Positions 38,544 through 46,825 of a stretch of 64,000 bases of DNA are shown one piece after another. The translations under genes and the position numbers were made by a program. Within the stretch, counting starts at the first letter, position 1; each line of letters begins with the position of its first letter. The notes beneath the pieces are model-generated. The model ran no database searches. It had not been told where the DNA came from and saw only the letters and a list, made by a program, of their open reading frames with translations. The stretch is from Verrucomicrobiota bacterium (GTDB lineage Bacteria > Verrucomicrobiota > Verrucomicrobiia > Opitutales > UBA953): positions 11,157 to 75,156 of the forward strand of contig JAURLX010000003.1 of NCBI GenBank assembly GCA_030830965.1, given 5' to 3'.

Positions 38544-40241
38544 CTAGTTCCAGCGCTTTTGCTGGCAACCGACCACCACCAGACAGACCCCGAACAGCCC
38601 CTGGGCCAGCAGGACCATGAGTCCGAGCCCGGTGTCCGCCACGTAGGCGTTCTGGTTGGGCAGGCTCGCGGTGTAGGCGTCCCAGAGGGCGTTGGGAGCC
38701 ATCGCCTTCATGTAGCCGGACCAACCCCAGTAGGCATTGATGAAAGGGCGGCAGACCCAGGTGAGGGCGTCCGGGAGGGCCAGAACCACGCCCGAGAGCG
38801 GGAGCTGGAAGCCCACCAGGTAGATCGAGAGCAGCGAGGACTTCTCCGGCGACGTGAGCATGGCCGAGAACCCAAGGCAGACGACCGACATCGACACGCA
38901 GCTCGCGGCCAGGATAGCCCCCTGCTCGAACCATGGCCCGGGGAAGCGGCAGACGAGCTTCACGAAGAGACACATCCACGCCCCCTGCATCAGGGCGACG
39001 AGCGAGACGAAGGTGACCTTGGAGAACGCGTAGGCCCAGGGGCGGAGCCCGGTCATGCGCTCCTTCTCGTACAGCACGCGCTCGGCGGAGATCTCGCGGC
39101 CGCCGTTGTTGGCCCCCATGAGCGTGAGGAGGATGACCTGGAACATGACCAGACCGGCGGCGAGCCCGGCGACCTGGGCGTTCGAGACCTGCACCGCGAC
39201 GGCCTGCTGGATGGCCTCCATCGAGGCCATGTTGCGGTCCATCGGAATCTTCCGCACGTCCCAGGCGCCATCCAAGTTGAAGATGATCACCAGCAGCGGG
39301 AAGCCGAAGGTGATGGCCAGCGTCAGGCCGAGATAGCCGGTGTCCCGGAAGAAGAGCCGCATGCGGCGGGCGAGCAGGGTGAGGAACTGCGAGGCCCCGC
39401 CGGGCACCTCGGGCTCCGGCAGCTCGGGCGGCTCGGTCCCGCCACCTGCGGCCACCACGGCGTCATCGTAGGCCCCCGGGTTCTCGGCGAGGTGCGCCGC
39501 CCAGCGCTCACGCCAGTGGTCGAGCGAGGCGGCGTTGAGCACTTCGTAAAGACGCAGGCCGTCGGGGATGCCGAAGTAGGCGAGCAGATCCGAAGCCGAC
39601 CCTTGGAACACGACGTCCCCCTGATAGACCACGGTGACCCAGTCGAACTGCGAGAGCTTGCCGAGGTTGTGGATGATGCAGACGAAGCTCTTGCCGTCGG
39701 TGGTCGCCAGCTGGCGCAGCAGCGCGAGAATCTGGTCCTCCGACTGCGGGTCCAGGCCCGAAGTCACCTCGTCGCAGACCATGCAGGGCGGGTCGAGCGT
39801 CAGCTCGATGCCCAGGGAGAGGCGACGGAGCTGCCCGCCGGAGAGCGAGGAGACACGCTTGTCGCGGTGGGGCGCCAGGCCCGTCACCTTGAGCACGGAC
39901 TCGAGACGGCGTCGGCGTTCGACGGCCGACGGGACGGCGAGACGCAGGGCGTAGTCCAGCGACTCGGCGACCGTGAGCTGGGCCTGGGCGGCGGTGAACT
40001 GCGGGGCGAAGCCAACCTTGCCGACGAGGTCCTCGGTGCAGGTGATGGGGTTTCCGGCGAGGCTGGCCTCCCCCTCGGAGGGCAGGATGCCCAGGATGGC
40101 CTTCATGAGCGTCGTCTTTCCGCAGCCCGAGGGCCCGATGACCGCGTTCAGTCCACGGGGGAGGAATCTCGCCGTGGCGCCATCCAGAATCACCGGGCCG
40201 TCGGCGCCCGCCCGCACGGTAAGGTTGGCGCAGCTGAGCAT
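38544..40241 (-). CDS. ABCG-like half-transporter (N-terminal NBD fused to an ABC-2-type permease)
   Basis: ORF 38544..40754 trimmed to the ATG at 40241 (MLSCANLTVRAG...). Walker A GPSGCGKTT, signature LSGGQLRRLSLG and Walker B MVCDEVTSGLD. Then REISAERVLYEKERMTGLRPWAYAFSK and about 6 TM helices. Confidence 0.85.
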   Translation of the reverse strand: MLSCANLTVRAGADGPVILDGATARFLPRGLNAVIGPSGCGKTTLMKAILGILPSEGEASLAGNPITCTEDLVGKVGFAPQFTAAQAQLTVAESLDYALRLAVPSAVERRRRLESVLKVTGLAPHRDKRVSSLSGGQLRRLSLGIELTLDPPCMVCDEVTSGLDPQSEDQILALLRQLATTDGKSFVCIIHNLGKLSQFDWVTVVYQGDVVFQGSASDLLAYFGIPDGLRLYEVLNAASLDHWRERWAAHLAENPGAYDDAVVAAGGGTEPPELPEPEVPGGASQFLTLLARRMRLFFRDTGYLGLTLAITFGFPLLVIIFNLDGAWDVRKIPMDRNMASMEAIQQAVAVQVSNAQVAGLAAGLVMFQVILLTLMGANNGGREISAERVLYEKERMTGLRPWAYAFSKVTFVSLVALMQGAWMCLFVKLVCRFPGPWFEQGAILAASCVSMSVVCLGFSAMLTSPEKSSLLSIYLVGFQLPLSGVVLALPDALTWVCRPFINAYWGWSGYMKAMAPNALWDAYTASLPNQNAYVADTGLGLMVLLAQGLFGVCLVVVGCQQKRWN

Positions 40242-40289
40242 CGCCGAGGAATCTTGCCTCCACCCCGCCCCGGGTAAAGGATTAACGCC

Positions 40290-40973
40290 ATGCACAAGAC
40301 CGCCATCCTCGCGACCTGCGCCCTGCTGCTCGGACTCACGCCCGAGGCGCAGGCCTTCAAGATGCAAACCAAGAAGATCCCCAACCAGGCCGTCTTCGGC
40401 ATCCAGGTCGAGGGAACCGACATGAGCTTCTTCGGTCAGGCGGACGCCATCCTCTCGGTGTCTTTCCAGGAGTACACCACCGGGGCGCTGATCGTGGCCG
40501 AGGTGGTCATCGACCTTCGCGGCTCCAACCAGCAGCTGCGCCTCTACGCCTCGCGCCCGCCCGGCACCGCCGACGTCGCCGACCGCGCCAACCGCGCGAG
40601 CGCCGCCAACTCCGTGAACCGCGGGCTGGATCCTTCCGCCGCCACCCGGCTGCCCATACCCGGGCCGCTTTCGGCCATCGAATCCAAGATCAACAACGTC
40701 GCCACGCAGACGACCGCTGGGCTCGTGGTGAAGACCTATCCGAACACGACCCACGCCAAGACGGTGGAGATGGTGGTGAGTTCTAAATCCGAGCTGGCCG
40801 CATTCTACTCGGCGCTGCGCAACCTGTACACCGGGATCCCCGTTTCAGTGTCCGCCGACGGCACGACCGCCGAGGGCGCCAACGCCGCGGCGGCCGCCGC
40901 GGCCGCCGCGGGCCAGTCCGGGGCGACCATCCGCATCACCAAGGTGGGCGGGGTGCTCTTCTCCCTCGAGTGA
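40290..40973 (+). CDS. Hypothetical secreted protein with a poly-Ala tract
   Basis: Signal peptide MHKTAILATCALLLGLTPEAQA. 227 aa with an A9 run near the C-terminus. Divergent from the ABCG-like gene, 48 bp away. Confidence 0.65.
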   Translation: MHKTAILATCALLLGLTPEAQAFKMQTKKIPNQAVFGIQVEGTDMSFFGQADAILSVSFQEYTTGALIVAEVVIDLRGSNQQLRLYASRPPGTADVADRANRASAANSVNRGLDPSAATRLPIPGPLSAIESKINNVATQTTAGLVVKTYPNTTHAKTVEMVVSSKSELAAFYSALRNLYTGIPVSVSADGTTAEGANAAAAAAAAAGQSGATIRITKVGGVLFSLE

Positions 40974-41071
40974 CCGGACGGGCCGGGAAGGCCCGCGCGA
41001 CGCGGCCGGGCGGGCCAACTACGGCTTGACCGAGCCGATTCGGGAGACTTGGCTGACCCTTCCCTACTCCC

Positions 41072-41635
41072 ATGCCCAGCCTGCCCGTCAACCGGATCAA
41101 GAAGAAGAACATCATCAGCTACAACGGCGACCTCTGCATCGTCCTGGAGTGCCTGATCCGCACCCCCCCGAACAACGCCTCCTACTGCCAGATGGAGCTG
41201 CGCTCCATCAAGACGGGCGCCAAGATCCCGGTGCGCTGCGGCATCAACGTGGCCTTCGAGGTATTCGACAACTCCATCAAGCAGCTCGAGCTGTCCTACC
41301 AGGCGGACGGCAACTACGTCTTCAGCGACCCCAACACCTTCGAGGAGTTCTACGTCTCCGAGGCCTCGCTCGAGGAGTCCAAGGATTTCCTCATCCCGGG
41401 CACCTCCTATCAGGTCCTCTTCGTGGAGGAGCGCCCAGTCACGGTCGACCTGCCTCCCTCCGTCACCGTCAAGGTCCTCGAGGCCCCGCCCGCCGTGAAG
41501 GGCGACACCGCCGGCAACGTCCAGAAGACGGTGACCTGCGAAAACGGCCTCTCCGTGAACGTCCCGCTCTTCATCAAGGAGGGCGAGATGATCAAGGTCA
41601 GCACCGAGAACAAGGAATACCTCGGGCGCGCCTGA
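41072..41635 (+). CDS. efp: Elongation factor P family protein (atypical loop)
   Basis: 187 aa with the three-domain EF-P pattern (NRIKKKNIISYNGDLCIVLE..., VTVDLPPSVTVKVLEAPPAVKGDTAGNVQKTVTCENGLSVNVPLFIKEGEMIKV). The loop reads IRTPPNNASYCQ instead of KPGKG. Confidence 0.85.
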   Translation: MPSLPVNRIKKKNIISYNGDLCIVLECLIRTPPNNASYCQMELRSIKTGAKIPVRCGINVAFEVFDNSIKQLELSYQADGNYVFSDPNTFEEFYVSEASLEESKDFLIPGTSYQVLFVEERPVTVDLPPSVTVKVLEAPPAVKGDTAGNVQKTVTCENGLSVNVPLFIKEGEMIKVSTENKEYLGRA

Positions 41636-41661
41636 GGCCGGCACGGCACGGGCAGGCAGCA

Positions 41662-41691
41662 GGACCCCGGACCTCCGGGGTCCCTTCATTT
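41662..41691 (+). terminator. Rho-independent terminator of efp
   Basis: GGACCCCGG (41662-41670) / CCGGGGTCC (41675-41683), a 9-bp stem with a 4-nt loop, followed by CTTCATTT. Confidence 0.6.
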
Positions 41692-41709
41692 GGCGCGGCT
41701 CGCCGCGCG

Positions 41710-41780
41710 TAGACCCGCAGGGATTCGAACCCCGACAAGGAGAACCAAAATCTCCTGTGCTACCATTACACCACGGGTCT
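41710..41780 (-). tRNA. tRNA-Gln (anticodon UUG)
   Basis: Manual cloverleaf on the minus strand: acceptor AGACCCG/CGGGTCT, D-arm GTGT-AATGGTA-GCAC, anticodon stem GGAGA/TCTCC with loop TTTTGGT (anticodon TTG), T-arm CGGGG-TTCGAAT-CCCTG and discriminator A. CCA is not encoded. 71 nt. Confidence 0.85.
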
Positions 41781-41810
41781 GCGCACATCGACTGAACACC
41801 CCCGCGGAGC

Positions 41811-41852
41811 GGGGAGTCAAGCGAGACCAAGGGGGGTGTTGACTCCCCCGCC
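41811..41852. promoter_or_regulatory. Inverted pair GGGGAGTCAA ... TTGACTCCCC (candidate divergent -35 elements for tRNA-Gln and pyrH)
   Basis: 41811-41820 is the reverse complement of 41839-41848. Each TTGACT faces a gene start 29-34 nt away. Confidence 0.3.
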
Positions 41853-41873
41853 CCTGCCCTCTCTTTTGCCACC

Positions 41874-42605
41874 ATGCCCGCCGCCGCCAAGAAGCCGAAG
41901 TACCGTCGCATCGTGCTCAAGATCAGCGGCGAGGCCCTCCGCAACGACGCATCGGGCGAGCCGATCGACTCCCGCGTCCTCGACCGCCTCGCCGAGGAAC
42001 TGCGCGCCCTGCAGAAGATTGGCGCCCAGGTGGCGGTCGTCGTCGGCGGCGGCAACATCTTCCGCGGCCTGGCCGGCGCCCGCTCCAACGGTACCGACCG
42101 CACCACCGGAGACAACATGGGCATGCTGGCGACGGTCATCAACGGCCTCGCGCTGATGGACCGGCTCGAGAAGGCCGGCCTCGAGGTCCGCGTCATGACC
42201 GCGATTCCGATGGATCGCATCGCCGAGCCGTTCATCCAGCGACGGGCCACCCGGCATCTGGAACGCGGGCGGATCGTGGTCTTCGTCGCGGGCACCGGCA
42301 ACCCCTACTGCACCACCGACTACGCCGCCGCCCTGCGCGCCAACGAGATCGGGGCCGACGCCATCCTCAAGGCCACCAAGGTCGACGGCGTCTACGACAA
42401 GGACCCGATGAAGCACCGCGACGCCCGACGCTTCGAGCGCGTCTCCCACGAGGAGGCCCTGCGCAAGCGGCTCGGGGTCATGGACGCCGAGGCCTTCTCG
42501 CTCTGCGAGGCGAACCACCTGCCCATCGTCGTCCTCTCGATGGCCGAGAAGGGCGCCGTCCTCCGGGCCGTCCTCGGCCAGCGCGTGGGCACGCTCGTCG
42601 GCTGA
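41874..42605 (+). CDS. pyrH: UMP kinase
   Basis: YRRIVLKISGEAL, VVVGGGNIFRG and KATKVDGVYDKDP. 243 aa. Confidence 0.95.
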   Translation: MPAAAKKPKYRRIVLKISGEALRNDASGEPIDSRVLDRLAEELRALQKIGAQVAVVVGGGNIFRGLAGARSNGTDRTTGDNMGMLATVINGLALMDRLEKAGLEVRVMTAIPMDRIAEPFIQRRATRHLERGRIVVFVAGTGNPYCTTDYAAALRANEIGADAILKATKVDGVYDKDPMKHRDARRFERVSHEEALRKRLGVMDAEAFSLCEANHLPIVVLSMAEKGAVLRAVLGQRVGTLVG

Positions 42606-42626
42606 ACCTTTACACCCCAAGCAACC

Positions 42627-43190
42627 ATGGACCTCAAGAAGACCATCAACGACGGAAGCACCGCGATGAAGAAGGCCGTCGACCACACCGTGCACGAGTT
42701 TGGCACGCTCCACACCGGCAAGGCCTCGCCCGCCATGGTCGAGAACATCCAGGTCCACGTCGAAGCCTACGGGATGACGCAGCGGCTGAAGGACATGGCC
42801 GCCATCACCACGCCCGACGCGCGCTCCATCGTCATCACGCCCTTCGACAAGGGCGTGATGGACGACATCCGCAAGGCCATCCAGGCCGCCAACCTCGGCA
42901 TCAACCCGGTGCCGCAGGGCGGTTTCCTCCGCTGCCCCATCCCCGAGCTCTCCGGTGAACGCCGCCTGGAGCTGACCAAGGTCGCCACCCGTATGGCCGA
43001 GGAAGGCAAGGTGCGCGTGCGCAACGCCCGACGCGACTGCCTCGAGGCTATCAAGAAGGCCCACAAGGACAAGCTCATCACCGACGACGACATCAAGCGC
43101 TCGGAGAAAGAGGTGCAGACACACACCGACCGCCACGTGGCCGACATCGAGAAGCACCTCGACGCCAAGATCTCGGAGCTCAAGGGCTGA
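42627..43190 (+). CDS. frr: Ribosome recycling factor
   Basis: 187 aa. [45 protein letters not shown] and [27 protein letters not shown]. Confidence 0.95.
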   Translation: MDLKKTINDGSTAMKKAVDHTVHEFGTLHTGKASPAMVENIQVHVEAYGMTQRLKDMAAITTPDARSIVITPFDKGVMDDIRKAIQAANLGINPVPQGGFLRCPIPELSGERRLELTKVATRMAEEGKVRVRNARRDCLEAIKKAHKDKLITDDDIKRSEKEVQTHTDRHVADIEKHLDAKISELKG

Positions 43191-43192
43191 AG

Positions 43193-44401
43193 ATGAACAT
43201 CCACGAGTTCCAGGCCAAGGCCCTCTTCGAGAAGTTCGGCGTCGCCGTGCCCCGGGGCGCGCCCGCCCGGAGCGCCGCGGACTTCGGTCCGGCGCTCGAC
43301 CAGCTCGACGCCAAGGGCGGCCTCATGGTCAAGTCCCAGATCCATGCCGGCGGCCGCGGCAAGGGCGTCTTCAAGGACGGCTTCAAGGGCGGGGTCAAGT
43401 TCGCCCCGACCCGGGAGAAGGCCCTCGAGCTAGCCGGAGCGATGCTGGGCAACACCCTCGTCACGGCCCAGACGGGCCCCGAGGGCCGCAAGGTGCAGAC
43501 AATCTACTTCACGGAGGCCGCCAGCCTCGGCAAGCGCCCCAACGGGCGCGACGACGAGTACTACCTGGCCATCCTGCTCGACCGCACGACCTCCCGGCCG
43601 GTCATCGTCGCCTCCACCGAGGGCGGCGTCGAGATCGAGAAAGTCGCCCACGAGACGCCGGACCGCATCTTCAAGGTCCATGTCGACCCCGCCGTCGGGC
43701 TGCAGCCGTTCCAGGCCCGTCAGGTCGCCTTCGCGCTCGGCTTCTCCGGCGACCTGCTCAAGCAGTGCGCGACCCTGGTTACCAAGCTCTACGCCTTCTT
43801 CTGGGAGAAGGACTGCTCGATGGTCGAGGTCAACCCCCTGCTGGTGACTGCCGAAGGGCGCCTGCTGGCCCTCGACGCCAAGGTCTCCTTCGACGACAAC
43901 GCGCTCTTCCGCCACCCGGACGTGCTCGCGCTCCGCGACCTCAACGAGGAGGACGCCAAGGAGATCGAGGCCTCGAAGTTCGGCCTCTCCTACATCGCCC
44001 TCGACGGCGACATCGCCTGCCTCGTCAACGGCGCGGGTCTGGCCATGTCCACCATGGACATCATCCAGCACTTCGGCGGCAGCCCGGCCAACTTCCTCGA
44101 CGTCGGGGGCGGCGCCTCCAAGGAGCAGGTGACCGCCGCCTTCAGGATCATCCTGGGCGACCCGAACGTGAAGGGAATCTTGGTCAACATCTTCGGCGGC
44201 ATCATGGACTGCGACATCATCGCCAACGGCATCGTCGAGGCCGTCCGGGAGACCGGGCTCAAACTCCCGCTGGTCGTCCGGCTGGAGGGCAACAACGTCG
44301 AAGCCGGCAAGGCCACGCTCGCCGCGAGCGGCCTGACCATCGTCTCCGGCGACTCGATGGCCGACGCAGCCCGGAAGATCGTCGCCCTGGTCACCCCGTA
44401 A
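43193..44401 (+). CDS. sucC: Succinyl-CoA synthetase beta subunit
   Basis: [35 protein letters not shown] and [17 protein letters not shown]. 402 aa. Confidence 0.97.
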   Translation: MNIHEFQAKALFEKFGVAVPRGAPARSAADFGPALDQLDAKGGLMVKSQIHAGGRGKGVFKDGFKGGVKFAPTREKALELAGAMLGNTLVTAQTGPEGRKVQTIYFTEAASLGKRPNGRDDEYYLAILLDRTTSRPVIVASTEGGVEIEKVAHETPDRIFKVHVDPAVGLQPFQARQVAFALGFSGDLLKQCATLVTKLYAFFWEKDCSMVEVNPLLVTAEGRLLALDAKVSFDDNALFRHPDVLALRDLNEEDAKEIEASKFGLSYIALDGDIACLVNGAGLAMSTMDIIQHFGGSPANFLDVGGGASKEQVTAAFRIILGDPNVKGILVNIFGGIMDCDIIANGIVEAVRETGLKLPLVVRLEGNNVEAGKATLAASGLTIVSGDSMADAARKIVALVTP

Positions 44402-44415
44402 GAAAACGCTTCACC

Positions 44416-45321
44416 ATGTCCATTCTCGTCAAGGAAGACACCCGCGTCCTCGTCCAGGGCATCACCGGCGACTTCGGCGCGCGCCACGCCCGCCTGTCGA
44501 TCGACTACGGCTCGCAGATCGTCGCGGGCGTGACGCCCGGCAAGGGCGGCCAGACGTTCGAGCACAACGGCAGGAAGGTGCCAATCTTCAACACGGTCGC
44601 CGACGCCGCGAGGCAGACGGGCGCCACGGTCTCGGCGATCTTCGTGCCTCCGCCCTTCGCCGCCGACGCGATCCTCGAGTGCGTCGACGCCGACCTCGAC
44701 CTTGCCGTGGCCATCACCGAGGGCATCCCGGTCCGCGACATGGTCCGCGCCAAGCGCGCCATGCAGGGTCGTCGCACCCGCCTCATCGGCCCGAACTGCC
44801 CCGGTCTGGTCACCCCTGGCCGCGGCGACAAGTCCCACGGGGGCTGCCGCATCGGCATCGCTCCGGGCTACATCCACCGCCGCGGCAACGTCGGCGTGGT
44901 CTCCCGCTCCGGCACCCTGACCTACGAGGCCGTCTGGCAGCTCACCTGCCGCGGCAAGGGACAGTCGACCTGCGTCGGCATCGGCGGCGACCCGGTCAAC
45001 GGGACCTCGCACCTCGACGTGATCAGGCTCTTCAACGACGACCCGGAGACCGAGGCCATCATCATGATCGGGGAGATCGGCGGCAACGCCGAGGTCGAGG
45101 CCGCACGCTGGATCAAGCAGCACTGCAAGAAGCCCGTCGCGGGCTTCATCGCCGGTGCCACCGCTCCGGCCGGCCGTCGCATGGGCCACGCGGGCGCCGT
45201 CATCGGCGGAGCGGAGGACACCGCCGCGGCCAAGATCAAGATCTTCCAGGAGTGTGGCATCTCGGTCGCGGAGACCCCCTCCGACATGGCCGACGCCCTC
45301 CTCCGCATCTGGAAGGGCTGA
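44416..45321 (+). CDS. sucD: Succinyl-CoA synthetase alpha subunit
   Basis: ORF 43765..45321 trimmed to the ATG at 44416. [36 protein letters not shown] and the MGHAGA phosphohistidine loop. Confidence 0.97.
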   Translation: MSILVKEDTRVLVQGITGDFGARHARLSIDYGSQIVAGVTPGKGGQTFEHNGRKVPIFNTVADAARQTGATVSAIFVPPPFAADAILECVDADLDLAVAITEGIPVRDMVRAKRAMQGRRTRLIGPNCPGLVTPGRGDKSHGGCRIGIAPGYIHRRGNVGVVSRSGTLTYEAVWQLTCRGKGQSTCVGIGGDPVNGTSHLDVIRLFNDDPETEAIIMIGEIGGNAEVEAARWIKQHCKKPVAGFIAGATAPAGRRMGHAGAVIGGAEDTAAAKIKIFQECGISVAETPSDMADALLRIWKG

Positions 45322-45341
45322 AACCCCGCTGGCATCCCGCG

Positions 45342-45372
45342 AAGAGGCCCGCGACGGGCCTCTTTTGCTTTT
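45342..45372 (+). terminator. Rho-independent terminator after sucD
   Basis: AAGAGGCCCG (45342-45351), CGA loop, CGGGCCTCTT (45355-45364), followed by TTGCTTTT. Confidence 0.75.
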
Positions 45373-45404
45373 ACAGCGGCACGCTCCCTCTCCAGAAACC
45401 TCGC

Positions 45405-45830
45405 ATGTGGTATTACGAACAGAACGGAAGCCGCATGGGCCCGGTCGATGAAGCCACTATGCGAGGCCTCATCTCCAACCGCACGATCTCCATCGACACG
45501 CTTGTCTGGACCGAAGGCATGCCCGGCTGGGTGGCTCTCCAACAGACCTCCCTTGCGGCTGGCATGCCGGTGCCCCCGCCCTCCCCACGATCGTTCCAGC
45601 CGGTCGAGACGACCGGCGCCAACGCCAAGGACCGCGTGGCCTACGTCCTGCTTGCCGTGCTTTTGGGTTGCGGCATCCATAACCTCTACGCCGGCTACAA
45701 CACGAAGGGCATCATCCAGCTGCTGGTCTCCTTCCTGAGTTGCGGCATCCTCTGGCTCTTCATGTGGATCTGGGCCGTCATCGAGGCCTGCACGGTCACG
45801 CAGGACGCCAACGGCGTCCGCTTCAAGTAA
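45405..45830 (+). CDS. GYF_2 (DUF4339) plus TM2 domain membrane protein
   Basis: ORF 44679..45830 trimmed to the ATG at 45405. MWYYEQNGSRMGPVDEATMRGLISNRTISIDTLVWTEGMPGWVAL is the GYF_2 pattern. AYVLLAVLLGCGIHNLYAGYNTKGIIQLL...IWAVIEA is the TM2 pattern. Confidence 0.7.
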   Translation: MWYYEQNGSRMGPVDEATMRGLISNRTISIDTLVWTEGMPGWVALQQTSLAAGMPVPPPSPRSFQPVETTGANAKDRVAYVLLAVLLGCGIHNLYAGYNTKGIIQLLVSFLSCGILWLFMWIWAVIEACTVTQDANGVRFK

Positions 45831-45852
45831 GTCGAGTCGAGTCCGATGACAA

Positions 45853-45877
45853 AAAGGCCGCCCGTCGGGCGGCCTTT
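45853..45877. terminator. Bidirectional terminator hairpin between the convergent TM2 gene and leuD
   Basis: AAAGGCCGCCC-GTC-GGGCGGCCTTT, a perfect 11-bp stem, with T-rich flanks on both strands (TTTCGCTTT on plus, TTTTGT on minus). Confidence 0.7.
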
Positions 45878-45898
45878 CGCTTTGGCTGAATCAGAGGC

Positions 45899-46519
45899 TC
45901 ACTTGCCTTCGACGTAGGCAAGACCGCCGGCGGTCCTGTCCACGGCGGCGGCGCCGTCCAGCAAGTCGGCGATGGGATCCCACTTGCCGTTGACGAGGCT
46001 GTCGCGGGCGGAGGCAGGGATGCCGGCCTTCCAGCTCCTGGCACCGGCGGACACGGTCAGTTTCTCGACGTCGACGGCGACCTCGACGTCCGGATTGGCG
46101 CGCACGAAGGCATCGCACTCAGCGAGGTCCTCCTTGGCAAGGGTCACGCAGGGCACGCCGAGCGCGGTGGAGTTGCCGAAGAAGATCTCGGCGAAGCTGC
46201 CGCCGACGATGGCGGTGAAGCCGAAGCGCCAGATGGACTGGGGGGCGTGCTCGCGCGAACTGCCGCAGCCGAAGTTGAAGCCGACGACCATCACGCCCTT
46301 CTTCGCGGCGGCGATGCGGGCGGCCTGGGTCGAGTTCATCGGGTGCGGACGGTCCTTGCCGTCGGGCCCAGTGCGTTCATCGCGGAAGGCGTGCTCGCCG
46401 AGACCGTCGAAGGTCACGCAGCGCAGGAAGCGCGCGGGGATGATGCGGTCGGTGTCGATATCGTCGCCGGGAACGGCGAGGGCGAGGGCCTTGACCTGGG
46501 TGATTTTGGCGAGGGACAT
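45899..46519 (-). CDS. leuD: 3-isopropylmalate dehydratase small subunit
   Basis: LAVPGDDIDTDRIIPARFL and FGCGSSREHAPQSI. 206 aa. Confidence 0.95.
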   Translation of the reverse strand: MSLAKITQVKALALAVPGDDIDTDRIIPARFLRCVTFDGLGEHAFRDERTGPDGKDRPHPMNSTQAARIAAAKKGVMVVGFNFGCGSSREHAPQSIWRFGFTAIVGGSFAEIFFGNSTALGVPCVTLAKEDLAECDAFVRANPDVEVAVDVEKLTVSAGARSWKAGIPASARDSLVNGKWDPIADLLDGAAAVDRTAGGLAYVEGK

Positions 46520-46534
46520 GACGATTGGGAGGAA

Positions 46535-46825
46535 TCAGGCGGCGACGGGTCGACGGATGACGCGGACGGGCATCGCGAGGGCGGAGGCCAGGGAAGCGAG
46601 ACGGTCTTCGGCGACGGAGGCGGCGACGGACTCGTCGGCCATCAGAAGGGCGTGGCCGTCGACGACCCAGGGCAGGGTCACGGTACAGACGGGCTTGCCG
46701 TCGTAATGGGCGTCCACGAGGACGTCACGGGCGCAGGCGAGCCCCTCGGCCGCGCAGGCCGAGGCGACGTCGTCGCCCCGGGAGATGCGCGCGAGCACGC
46801 GGTCGACTGGCGCGGAGGCGGACAT
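46535..46825 (-). CDS. Hypothetical 96-aa protein encoded between leuC and leuD
   Basis: ORF 46535..47032 trimmed to the ATG at 46825, which overlaps the leuC stop (ATGA). It ends 15 nt before the leuD ATG, uses GC3-rich codons and exactly fills the leuC-leuD gap. No family recognised. Confidence 0.6.
   Translation of the reverse strand: MSASAPVDRVLARISRGDDVASACAAEGLACARDVLVDAHYDGKPVCTVTLPWVVDGHALLMADESVAASVAEDRLASLASALAMPVRVIRRPVAA

Noticed and set aside
40876-40912. GCC/GCG-rich short tandem repeat (possible CRISPR or VNTR)
   Set aside because: It is simply the coding sequence of an A9 tract inside the 227-aa secreted protein. No spacer-repeat periodicity exists here or anywhere else in the window.
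41636-41873. tRNA-Gln as an integration hotspot or genomic-island border
   Set aside because: There is no integrase, no direct repeat of the tRNA 3' end and no compositional shift on either side. The neighbours are efp and pyrH-frr-sucCD core genes.
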